Assembly: GCA_965204535.1 (NCBI GenBank)
Contig: CBDBEV010000001.1
Location: 960,001 to 1,024,000, forward strand
Origin: a bacterium
GTDB taxonomy: Bacteria > UBA8248
Reading direction: 5' to 3'
Length of the DNA: 64,000 bases
Shown here: piece after piece, positions 29,810 to 38,409 of the stretch
Layout: each line of letters begins with the position of its first letter
How positions within the stretch are numbered: the stretch's first letter is position 1
Position numbers and translations under genes: made by a program
The notes under the pieces: generated by a model
Seen by the model: the letters and a program-made list of their open reading frames with translations, nothing else
What the model was told of the DNA's origin: nothing
Databases searched by the model: none

Positions 29810-30018
29810 GAGATCAAACCTCGTCCGTGCTGTTATAGGGGCGGTCTTTTTGGCGCGGCGAATTCAGGCATTTACTGGGTGGCGGGCGAAGTATCCAGAA
29901 TTTGTAGACGCCGGGACCACCCGCATCGTCCGCAACTCCAGAATTTTCCGTAATTTACCGCATTTTCTTAAATTTTTCAATTAGCAAATTCAAAATTCCG
30001 CATAAAAAGACGCCAAAT

Positions 30019-30071
30019 GCGCATTTCCCCGCATTTGCGCGGCCCGCCTTCGAGGCTCCTTGTCCTAGATT
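30019..30071 (+). promoter_or_regulatory. Putative activator-dependent promoter of the capsid-tail module
   Basis: GCGCATTTCCCCGCATTTGCGCG (30019-30041), a 24-nt spacer, then TAGATT (30066-30071). Confidence 0.7.
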
Positions 30072-30166
30072 GTCGCGGTTGCACCCGCCACTTTTCACCA
30101 AGGCGACGGCTCCGGCGCATCGCCGGAAATCGAATTTCTGGAAGAACAGCGAGAAAGGAGTTTCCC

Positions 30167-32245
30167 TTGAAAAAATGGATGAACCGTATTTGGGCGCGCG
30201 CGGAGGCGCAGAAGGATTCTCATACTTTAAGGCTACATGGACACCTCATTCGCGCGGCGGCGAAAGAAGCGCAGCCGCCGGACGAAGCCTGGGATTTCGA
30301 CGTGCTGATCGCGCGGGCCGGCTACTCGAGGGACGGGGAGTGGTTCCTGCCCCGCGACGTTCTGCGCGAGGCCGCTCCCCTGTTCGAGGGCGCGCAGGCC
30401 TTTGCGAACCATACCGGGTCGAGCGGCCCCGATATCAAGAATCTGGTCGGCTGGCACCGTGAGGTACGCATGGGCGAGGAGGGGCTTTTGAGCACGTTTG
30501 CGGTTTCGCGCTCGGCAGCCTGGTTCCAGGCGCTGGCGCACGATGCGTTGGCGCGGGGCCTCGAGGAGCCCTTCGGCTTCTCTTTCGACGTCCTCGCGCA
30601 GGCGGAGTTCCGCGAGGAGGCCGACGCGCTCGTTTTGCATTTCGAAAAGATTCTGGCGGTCCATTCCGTCGACGTCGTGCACAAAGGCAAGCTCGGGGGC
30701 GGGATTCTGGGTCTCGCCGCTAATCATTCCATTCAATCGGAGGTGAAGATGTTCGAAAAACTCGGAAAGAAACTCAAAAGCGTGGCGCCCGAATCGGGCA
30801 AGAAGCTCGGCGATGCCTGGACGCCGCAAGAGTTCCTCGCGGCCTGTGAAGACGCGGGCCTCGAACTGGATTTGAAGAAGAAAGGAGAAAAGGCCAGGGA
30901 AGATGGAGCCGAAGCCGGGGCTGCTGCTCACGGAATGCTCGCCCGGAAACTCGCGGCCTCAACACTTCCCGAAGCCGTTCAGGAGAAGATGCGCGACCGG
31001 TTCAGGGACGGGAGCTTCACGGAGGAGGAAATCGAAGAGGCGATCCGGGTCGAGGCGGCCACGCTGGAAAAACTCACGGCGAGCGGCGCGCTTCGTGGTT
31101 TCGGTGCGAGTGCTGAGGTGATGCGAGACGAGGCGGACCGCAAGCGGGCGGCTCTCGACGGGCTTTGGAGTTCGCGCGAGGAGGTGGGCAACGGCGAGCG
31201 GCCCTACCGCTTCATGAGCGAGGCGTTTCAGGATTTCACGGGCCATCGCCTCACCCCGCGCCAGTTCTTCGCCGAGACGTTCCACTATCACCGCGCCGCC
31301 GAGGACCGGAACGGCGTGCGCCGCCTCTCCGCCTCCTTGGAGACGAGCACGTGGGGCGAGGCGTTCGGGGATTCGATCCGCCGCGCCATGCTGCGCGATT
31401 TCAGGGACGAGCGGTTCCACCAGTGGAAGAAGATCGTCTCCTCCATAGCGCCCGTCAAGGATTTCCGCACGAACCGCCGGGTGCGCGTCGGCGGCTACGG
31501 CGATCTGCAAACGGTCGCCGAGCAGGCCACCTATCCGGCGCTTACCTCCCCGACGGATGAGGAAGTGACGTACGCCGTTGCCAAGCGCGGCGGTGTGGAA
31601 GACCTCACCTGGGAGATGATCCAGAACGACGACATGGGCGCGATCCGCATGATCCCCCAGCGCCTCGCCCGCGCGGCCCAGCGCACCCTGAACGGCTTCG
31701 TGTTCGATTTCCTGGCCTCCAACGCCGACATCTACGACGGGGACGCGCTGTTCCACGCCAACCACAAGAACACCTCCGCGAACGCGCTCACGTACGAGAA
31801 CGCCGTCGCCGCCATCAAGGCGATGGGCCAGCAGACGTTTTACGGGGAAGAGGGCGTCGAAGTGGCGGCGCAGGCGCGGCCCAAATACTTCGTCCACCCC
31901 ACGGAACTGCTCGAAGAGGCGTTCGAGGTCACCCAGTCGCCCGTCAAGGTCGTCGAGGGCGGGAATTCCACCCAGCCGAGCGTCATCAACCGCCTGGGCG
32001 TGGAGCCCTTGTGGGTGCCCGAACTCGCCGACGCGAACGACTGGTACATGGTCGCCGACCCGGGCCTCATGGACACCATCGAGATCGGCTTCATGGACGA
32101 CATGCGCGAGCCCGAGCTGTTCATCGAGGACAACCCCGCCGCCGGCAGCGGATTCAGCGCGGACAAGATTCGCTACAAGATCAGACACGTCTACGGCGGC
32201 GCTGTCCTGGACTTTCGCGGCTTCTATCGCGGCGCGCCCGAGTAG
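30167..32245 (+). CDS. Fused prohead protease-like / scaffold / major capsid protein (HK97-like fold inferred)
   Basis: GAAAGGAG RBS before TTG 30167. N-terminal AG.S......P...L......FEG...FANH...SVDVV protease-like region, a charged helical middle, and a C-terminal V.DFR....R.GGY..L..V.E, TWEMIQNDD.GAI..IP.RLARAA.RT, D.I.YKIRH.YG...LDFRG capsid region. Confidence 0.85.
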   Translation: MKKWMNRIWARAEAQKDSHTLRLHGHLIRAAAKEAQPPDEAWDFDVLIARAGYSRDGEWFLPRDVLREAAPLFEGAQAFANHTGSSGPDIKNLVGWHREVRMGEEGLLSTFAVSRSAAWFQALAHDALARGLEEPFGFSFDVLAQAEFREEADALVLHFEKILAVHSVDVVHKGKLGGGILGLAANHSIQSEVKMFEKLGKKLKSVAPESGKKLGDAWTPQEFLAACEDAGLELDLKKKGEKAREDGAEAGAAAHGMLARKLAASTLPEAVQEKMRDRFRDGSFTEEEIEEAIRVEAATLEKLTASGALRGFGASAEVMRDEADRKRAALDGLWSSREEVGNGERPYRFMSEAFQDFTGHRLTPRQFFAETFHYHRAAEDRNGVRRLSASLETSTWGEAFGDSIRRAMLRDFRDERFHQWKKIVSSIAPVKDFRTNRRVRVGGYGDLQTVAEQATYPALTSPTDEEVTYAVAKRGGVEDLTWEMIQNDDMGAIRMIPQRLARAAQRTLNGFVFDFLASNADIYDGDALFHANHKNTSANALTYENAVAAIKAMGQQTFYGEEGVEVAAQARPKYFVHPTELLEEAFEVTQSPVKVVEGGNSTQPSVINRLGVEPLWVPELADANDWYMVADPGLMDTIEIGFMDDMREPELFIEDNPAAGSGFSADKIRYKIRHVYGGAVLDFRGFYRGAPE

Positions 32246-32277
32246 TCGCGCGGCGTTTGCCCTTCAGAGGAGAAGCC

Positions 32278-32619
32278 ATGTCCGACAGGCGAACCCACAC
32301 CATCGTTCTCGCTCCTTCTGCGGCCCGCGTCGCCGCAGGAGGCAGCACGGCGTTCGAGGTGAGCCGCTTCACCGAGGCGCTCTTGTTCATCGACGTGACG
32401 GCGGTATCGGGCGTCGCGCCGGTGCTCGATTTCGAAGTGCAGACCGGCCCGGCGGACGATGAAGCGGCTTTCGTCCATACCGAATCCGCGGAAATCACCT
32501 CGGTTGGAAAAACCCTCGTCAAGCTCGCGAACATCGGCCCCTGGCTCAGGCTCGCATGGTCTGTGGGCGGGGAGGGGGCTTCGTTCACGTTCGAGGCCAA
32601 GCTCACGCTGAAGACTTGA
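32278..32619 (+). CDS. Phage structural protein (possible head decoration, beta-sandwich)
   Basis: GAGGAG RBS; 113 aa, beta-rich, directly after the capsid gene. Confidence 0.55.
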   Translation: MSDRRTHTIVLAPSAARVAAGGSTAFEVSRFTEALLFIDVTAVSGVAPVLDFEVQTGPADDEAAFVHTESAEITSVGKTLVKLANIGPWLRLAWSVGGEGASFTFEAKLTLKT

Positions 32620-32662
32620 GACCACCCGCATCGGGTGAGCGAGGCAAAGGAGAAATGGAGAA

Positions 32663-33373
32663 ATGGCCAGCAGGCAGACGATCATCAAGGAGGTGAAGGT
32701 CTTGTTGAAGGCGGGCGGGCTGCCCCGGGAGTTCGGTGTCGAGGAGGCGGATTTCGCCGATCTGGTGAACGCGGCGCTCACGCGCTACAGCAAGGACAGG
32801 CCGCTCGTCTCGTTCGCCGATTATGCGGGTGACAGCGAGACGTTCGATTTTCCCCTGCCGGAAGACTGGGACGATTCCCTCTCCTTCATCCGGGCGGTGG
32901 AATATCCCCAGGGGGAGAGAAAGCCCTCCTACCTGCGGAGGAGCGCCTGGATCATCTACGCGAAAGGAACCCCGGCGGCGAAGTTCAGGCTCATGTACTT
33001 CGTCCCTCAAATGGGCCACACGCTTCGCCTGTTCTACACGCTGGGGCACACGGCCGATGATGCGCGCACGAGCGTTCCCGAAAACGATCTGGCCGCCGTG
33101 GCCTGGCTGGCCGCCGCAGAAGGCTGTCACCTTCTGGCCCGCCGCTTCGCCCAGTCCTCGAACCCGACCCTCTCGGCGGATTCAGTGGACTACCAGAGCA
33201 AGTCATCGGAATACACGCGCCTGGGAAGAGAACTGGAGCGCAAATACCAGAACCATCTCGGCCGCAAAGAGGGCGAGGTGGCAGGTCCGGCGGGCGCGTC
33301 TCTCGATTGGGACGCGCTCCTCTCCCTGGCGCGCGGCGAGTACTTCACGCACGGCGCGTCCAAGGACCGCTAG
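32663..33373 (+). CDS. Putative head-tail adaptor protein
   Basis: Position and AL.RYS.DRP...F.LP.DW...ADSVDY.SKS.EY pattern, as in phage neck adaptors. Confidence 0.55.
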   Translation: MASRQTIIKEVKVLLKAGGLPREFGVEEADFADLVNAALTRYSKDRPLVSFADYAGDSETFDFPLPEDWDDSLSFIRAVEYPQGERKPSYLRRSAWIIYAKGTPAAKFRLMYFVPQMGHTLRLFYTLGHTADDARTSVPENDLAAVAWLAAAEGCHLLARRFAQSSNPTLSADSVDYQSKSSEYTRLGRELERKYQNHLGRKEGEVAGPAGASLDWDALLSLARGEYFTHGASKDR

Positions 33374-33391
33374 GCCGGGAGGGGCGTTAAG

Positions 33392-33901
33392 GTGCGTCGT
33401 CGATATACAACGCTCGAAACCCTTGTGGAGGCGCCGCCGATCGCGCGGGAGGAGGTGGAGGTTTTCCGCCTCGCGCGCGAGGCGATGGCCGAAATCACCG
33501 GAATGCTCAGGCGTGAGGTCATGGCGCGAACGCCCGTCGGCGCGAGCGGGAACCTGCGGGGGAGCATTTTCACCGAAATCAAAGGAGCGAATCCAGGCGC
33601 GTTGCGCGGCGTGATCGCCTCGCGCGCCCCATACGCCGGGTACGTGGAATTCGGACGCCGGCCGGGCGGCGCGATGCCGCCCTGGCGGGAGGGTTCCCCC
33701 CTGTACCGGTGGGTGGTCCGTAATCTGGGGCCGCCCGATGGGTCTATCGAGAGGGTGTCCTTCCTCGTCGCCCGCGCAATCGCCCGGCGCGGGACGCGGG
33801 GACGCCGCATGTTCGCGCGCGCCTTTGAGGAAAACCAGGGCCGAATCGATAAGCGCATTCGTGAACTGATGGACGAGATTGCGAGGAGAGTCGGTGGCTA
33901 A
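33392..33901 (+). CDS. HK97 gp10-like neck/tail-component protein
   Basis: TPVGASGNLRGSI, YAGYVEFG and RAIARRGT....MF..AFEE. Confidence 0.75.
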   Translation: MRRRYTTLETLVEAPPIAREEVEVFRLAREAMAEITGMLRREVMARTPVGASGNLRGSIFTEIKGANPGALRGVIASRAPYAGYVEFGRRPGGAMPPWREGSPLYRWVVRNLGPPDGSIERVSFLVARAIARRGTRGRRMFARAFEENQGRIDKRIRELMDEIARRVGG

Positions 33902-34427
33902 ATCACGATACAGGGAAATCGGCGACGCCATTTTGGCGGAAATATCGAGCGTACCGGAGGCAGGGCGGGTGCACGCTTATCAGCGCTGGGCGGCCGACTT
34001 GGGGAAATACCTGGAGCTCTTCCGGTGGCAGGCGGGCGGCGGCCTCGCCCAAATCAGGGGCTGGGTGCTGACGCGCGAGAGAGCAGGCGAAGAGGCCGCA
34101 TCGCTCGGCTCGAACGCGTCCGGCGGCTTCACGCCCGCAGGCCTCAGCAGGCGAACCCACACGTTCTTGCTGTTCGGAATCATGAGCGCCGAGGACGCGG
34201 CGGGCAGCGAGGCGGCCTTTCAGGATCTGATCGAGGAGATTTGCGATCGCTTCCGGGACGAGGGGGCGCTCCGCCTTCTCGATGAATCAGGCGCCCCGCG
34301 CGTCCGCTCCCTGGAGCGCCTTCAGCCTCCGCAGGTGGACCTCATCGAACTGAGAACATTCGGAAACGTGCTTTGCCATTACGCCGAGATCAGGCTCCGG
34401 GCGATAGAGCGGATTCGGCGGGATTGA
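33894..34427 (+). CDS. Putative tail terminator/completion protein
   Basis: Position before the tube gene; GRVHAYQRW, RGW.LTR, SE..FQ.LIE.I...FR and F..VLCHYAEI.L. Confidence 0.6.
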   Translation: MAKSRYREIGDAILAEISSVPEAGRVHAYQRWAADLGKYLELFRWQAGGGLAQIRGWVLTRERAGEEAASLGSNASGGFTPAGLSRRTHTFLLFGIMSAEDAAGSEAAFQDLIEEICDRFRDEGALRLLDESGAPRVRSLERLQPPQVDLIELRTFGNVLCHYAEIRLRAIERIRRD

Positions 34428-35207
34428 TTCGAGACTAGGAATAATATCCGGCGAGGGATGCCCCTTCGCCCCTAAAAACAGAAGGAGGAGAACAGGGGAT
34501 GGGCGATACGATTTTGATGGATCGGCAGACTATCGGCGCGACGGAAGAGAGGGAACTGGTGGCGGACTCCGCAGACGCCTCCACCCTGGTGGACGCCGCG
34601 CTCTCAGAGGATGATGATTTCTGGAACGGCTCGGTGCTGCGCACGATTCGGGGAATGGGCGTCGGCCAAAGAAGAAAGGTGAGCGGTTTCGACGCGGCCT
34701 CGGAGACGCTCACGGTGGACGACGCCTGGGACGCGGCGCCCGCTGCGGGAACGGCCTATCTTCTGGACCGGCCCGCCGGGGCTTCCGAACTGTTCCGGGC
34801 GGGCAACTTCTCCCACGAGATCAGCGTGGAGCAGCTGGAGCGCGCGGTGAAGGATGCGAGCCTCTCGCCCTTCCCGTCGATTCCGGGGAAACGCTCCGCG
34901 CAGATCTCCTTTACCACCGAGTTACGCGGCTCAGGCGCAGCGGGCGTCGCACCGGATTACGGATTGCTGTTCAAGGCCTGCGCCATGAAGGAAACCATCG
35001 TCGAGGACGCTTCCGTCACTTATGCGCCCGTTTCCGATAAATCGGGCTATACGAGAATCTGCCTGACGGCGTTCATAGACGGCTTACAAGTCATGTATCT
35101 GGGCTGCATGGGGAGTTTTTCCATCAACTGCCCTCTGGACGGCGTTCCCACGGTGGATTGGGAGTTCGAGGCGGCCGATTTCGAGGTGAGCGACGCGCCG
35201 GTCCCTG

Positions 35208-36989
35208 GAGACTGTGAAAGTATTCCCACGATTCTGGTGGGTGACGCTGGCGAGCGATGCCCGGGTTGTCTGTACATGCTATCTTTACCGGTGAGTGAGA
35301 TAACCACATAAAGGGTCACCACCATGTCCGAGAGACGTTATCAGGAGGTGCAGTCCCGAAGCCAGATGATGCTGCTTCCGCCGTGTCTGGACGACTACGT
35401 GTCCGAGCACAATGCGGTGCGCGCGATCGATGCGTTCGTCGGCACGCTGGACCTGGAGGCGCTGGGGTTCGCGCATGCCGAAGCGAACTGCGGCGCCGGT
35501 CAGCCGGCTTTCGACCCGGCGCTGCTGCTGAAGCTGTATCTGTACGGCTACCAGCACCGGGTACGGAGTTCGCGCCGTCTCGAAGCGGAGACGCGGCGCA
35601 ATCTGGAAGTGATCTGGCTGTGCCAGGGTGCGACGCCGAGCTACAAGACGATTGCGGATTTTCGCAAGAACAATGTGGCTGCGCTGCAGGAGGCCAACCG
35701 GGAGTTCGTGCTGCTGTGCCGCGAACTCTCGCTGCTGGGCGGCAGCCGGGTGGCGGTCGACGGGACTTTTTTGAAGGCCGATGCGAACCTGGACAGCTTC
35801 CAAACCAAGCGGTCCCTGGCAAGGGACCTGAGGCGTTTGGAGAAGAGGATTGCGGCGTATCACCGGCAGTTGGACGAGGCGGATGCGCGCGGGGAGGAGT
35901 GTGGGGACGGTTCGGAGGATCCGGACCTGCCGGTGAAGCTCAAGGCCTTGATCGAGAGGCAACAAAAGAAGAAGGCACTGCAAGAGCATTTGCAGGAAAG
36001 CGGAGAGCGTCAGGTATCGGGGGTCGATGCAGATGCTCGACTTCTGAGGAACGGCGATATAATGGTGGGCGGATACAACTGCCAGATCGCGGTGGACGAC
36101 AAGCACAAGCTGATTGTCGCGGAGGATGTGGTGCAGGACGGCAATGACTCCGCTCAGTTGGAGCCGATGATGACGAAAGCCGGCGAAGCCATGGGCAGCG
36201 AACGCCTGGTCGGCCTGGCGGATTCGGGCTACTTCAACGGCGCACAGTTGAAGAGTTGCGAAGACAAGGGAATGGAGGTGTATGTTCCGATACCGAACCA
36301 GACGGCCCGCAAGGGCAAGGACGGACGATTCGGCAGCGATGAATTCCGTTACGATGCGCAGGATGACACGTATGTCTGTCCGGCCGGAGAGCGTCTGGTT
36401 CGAGGCGGCACGACCACCGTCAGGGGCAGGCTGTATTACTTTTATCGCGGGACGGCGGCGGTTTGCCGGGACTGTTCGTTGTCGGGCCGATGCCTGACAA
36501 AGTCGAGATCGACGCGCAGGATACAACGCTGGGAGCATGAGGACGTGGTGGACCGGCATCGCAAGAAGATGAACGCCCGTGTGCCATTGATGCGCGGGCG
36601 AAGCACACTCGTCGAACATCCATTCGGTACGATCAAGCGCTGGGCGGGGATGGATCATTTTGTGATGCGCGGACTCGGCAAATGCCGCGGCGAATTCAGC
36701 CTGATGACGCTGGGTTACAACTTCAAGCGGGTCATGCGTGTGCTGGGCGGAGCTGCATTTGTGGAGCATTGTCTGCAAAAACAGCGGTTGGGGACGAATG
36801 GCGTGTGAACTTGAAGCCGATTCTTCGAGGACTTGACCGCGACCCCGAGCTGACCGGCCGCCGAGACGTTTCTCTCCCGGCTCTGCGGTGTTGTTGCTCC
36901 CGAAGTTGAAGACAGTGTCCGGCCATCGGGCTGCAAGCGTAAGCGAGCCCTGTTCCGGAGACTGTGAAATCCAATACTCTCACAGTCTC
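35208..36989 (+). mobile_element. IS1182-family insertion sequence, 1782 bp, 6-bp TSD TCCCTG
   Basis: Inverted repeats GAGACTGTGAAAGTATT / AATACTCTCACAGTCTC (16/17). TCCCTG at 35202-35207 and 36990-36995. Confidence 0.93.
35324..36808 (+). CDS. IS1182 family transposase
   Basis: G.PAFDP.LLLKLYLYGY....SSRRLE, P.YKTIADFRK, AVDGT, LADSGY and VEHPFGTIK. Confidence 0.95.
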   Translation: MSERRYQEVQSRSQMMLLPPCLDDYVSEHNAVRAIDAFVGTLDLEALGFAHAEANCGAGQPAFDPALLLKLYLYGYQHRVRSSRRLEAETRRNLEVIWLCQGATPSYKTIADFRKNNVAALQEANREFVLLCRELSLLGGSRVAVDGTFLKADANLDSFQTKRSLARDLRRLEKRIAAYHRQLDEADARGEECGDGSEDPDLPVKLKALIERQQKKKALQEHLQESGERQVSGVDADARLLRNGDIMVGGYNCQIAVDDKHKLIVAEDVVQDGNDSAQLEPMMTKAGEAMGSERLVGLADSGYFNGAQLKSCEDKGMEVYVPIPNQTARKGKDGRFGSDEFRYDAQDDTYVCPAGERLVRGGTTTVRGRLYYFYRGTAAVCRDCSLSGRCLTKSRSTRRIQRWEHEDVVDRHRKKMNARVPLMRGRSTLVEHPFGTIKRWAGMDHFVMRGLGKCRGEFSLMTLGYNFKRVMRVLGGAAFVEHCLQKQRLGTNGV

Positions 36990-37439
36990 TCCCTGACGGC
37001 GCGTCCTACGATGCGCAGACGCCCGAACCCGTCCTCATGAGCGGTTTTTCGTTCGGAGGCTTCCATTTCGACGTGGCGAACATCCGCTTTGCCATGAACA
37101 ACGAGGTGGTCTTGCGCCAAAGCGCCAACGCATCGGGCGGACACGTGAACGCCATGGTGACGGGACGGGCGCCCTCGGGCTCTTTCGACCCCGAGGCCGT
37201 GCTCAAAGCCACCGAAGACGTGTTCCAGGATTGGGAAGATGGCGCGCGGCTCCCTCTGAAAGTGCAGATCGGCCACAGGGCCGGGAACATCTGCACCATC
37301 ACCGCACCCAAATGCCAGTACGCGGATGTGGGCTTCGCGGATCGCGACGGCCTGCTGACTTATGATGCGCCCTTCCGCCTGGCCCGCGATGCGGGCGATG
37401 ACGAGATAGCCATCGTCTTCACCTAGTCTCCGCCCATAA

Positions 37440-37510
37440 GGGTGGTTGAAAAAGCCCCCCTTAACAGGGGGGAAAAGGCGGAGCCCCCGGCGAGGGGTTT
37501 TTCAACAGCC
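37440..37510. mobile_element. Minimal (~70 bp) MITE-like element inside the tail module
   Basis: GGGTGGTTGAAAAAGCCCC ... GGGGTTTTTCAACAGCC, lying between TCCGCC and GGCGGA, the arms of a probable pre-existing hairpin. Confidence 0.6.
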
Positions 37511-37577
37511 GCCAATAAAGGCGGATTCTTCTTCACCTTAGTCAAGTCTCATTCAGCGAAAACGAACGGGAGGAATC

Positions 37578-37970
37578 GTGGAAATATCAGAATACAGAAA
37601 CCATGGACGCAAGCCCATCACCCTGCCTTCGGGGCTCAAGGGTTTCGTGCGCGCGCCGAATCTCCTGGACATGGCGGCGTATCCGAAGCTGTTCGCAGGG
37701 GCCGCTAACGGCGCTGCGGGCGAGGAGGAGCAATACGCGCTTACGGGGGAGTGGGTGCACTGCATCCTGAGGCGCTGTTTCGTACCCGAGCGCGGCTCGA
37801 TGACGGATAAGGAACCGGGCCGATGCCTGCCGGATGAACTGAGCATCCATGAACTCGCACCGGCGGACGCCGACGCCATCTTCACCGCGGTCACGTCGCT
37901 TCAGAACGAGGCGGCGGCCCCTGTCCCCGGGGAGGGTGCGCCGGAAGGCGATGCGTTTCCGGCGGCGTAG
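37578..37970 (+). CDS. Putative tail assembly chaperone (G-like)
   Basis: GGGAGG RBS. ITLPSG....VR.P.L.D pattern after the tube gene; ends in ...AFPAA*. Confidence 0.6.
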   Translation: MEISEYRNHGRKPITLPSGLKGFVRAPNLLDMAAYPKLFAGAANGAAGEEEQYALTGEWVHCILRRCFVPERGSMTDKEPGRCLPDELSIHELAPADADAIFTAVTSLQNEAAAPVPGEGAPEGDAFPAA

Positions 37971-37980
37971 AAAGGAACTG

Positions 37981-38157
37981 ATGGCGGTCATTCATTTTCA
38001 GGCGAAGACCTATGGCCTCCCCCCACACCTTCTGGCGCGTTGCTCCTGGGAGGAGTTTCGCTTCAACCAGGAGGCGCTCGAAGCCGGCCTGGCCCTGGAG
38101 CGGATGGGCCGGCGGGAGCCGGGGAAAAGCACGAACCTCAGGCGATTCAAAAGCTAG
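37981..38157 (+). CDS. Putative tail assembly chaperone T-like segment (possibly reached by +1 frameshift)
   Basis: AK.YG..PH.L.......FN pattern. The frame is open across the end of the upstream gene. Confidence 0.5.
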   Translation: MAVIHFQAKTYGLPPHLLARCSWEEFRFNQEALEAGLALERMGRREPGKSTNLRRFKS

Positions 38158-38348
38158 AGAGCCGGTTCTCCTGGTTCTTCCGCCTCTTCCTCGTCCAGAT
38201 GGCGGCAATCTTCGCATGAACGGGGATATCCAGGGTATTCCAATTCTTCCCCCGCCATCCTGGCGCTCACGAAGTCTTCCATCCAGCAGAAGCAATGCTG
38301 GCACATCAGCTCATTCAGGATATCGTCAGCTACTTGTCCCGTATTCAA
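38154..38348 (-). CDS. Small CxxC...CxxC zinc-ribbon-like protein
   Basis: AGGGAGG RBS before TTG; CQHC ... CEDC; acidic tail. Confidence 0.55.
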   Translation of the reverse strand: MNTGQVADDILNELMCQHCFCWMEDFVSARMAGEELEYPGYPRSCEDCRHLDEEEAEEPGEPAL

Positions 38349-38409
38349 TCCTCCCTTTTCTTCGGGCGCGCGGCGCTTCCATATTCGGCTTTCAGCTTCA
38401 GCGTTTTCA

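Larger units (their letters stand above)
34499..37426 (+). pseudogene. Tail tube (major tail) protein gene interrupted by IS1182; 379 aa if the IS is removed
   Basis: Joining 34499-35207 to 36996-37426 restores one frame (...DAPVP|DGASYDAQTPEPVLMSGF...). Tube motifs ELRGSG.AG.APDYG.L.KAC, G.RAPSGSFDPE, DRDG...YD and GDDEI.IVFT. Confidence 0.8.

Noticed and set aside
30167-38157. Tailocin, contractile injection system or encapsulin
   Set aside because: Terminase, portal, capsid and neck genes are present while sheath and baseplate are not, which fits a DNA-packaging siphovirus-type particle.
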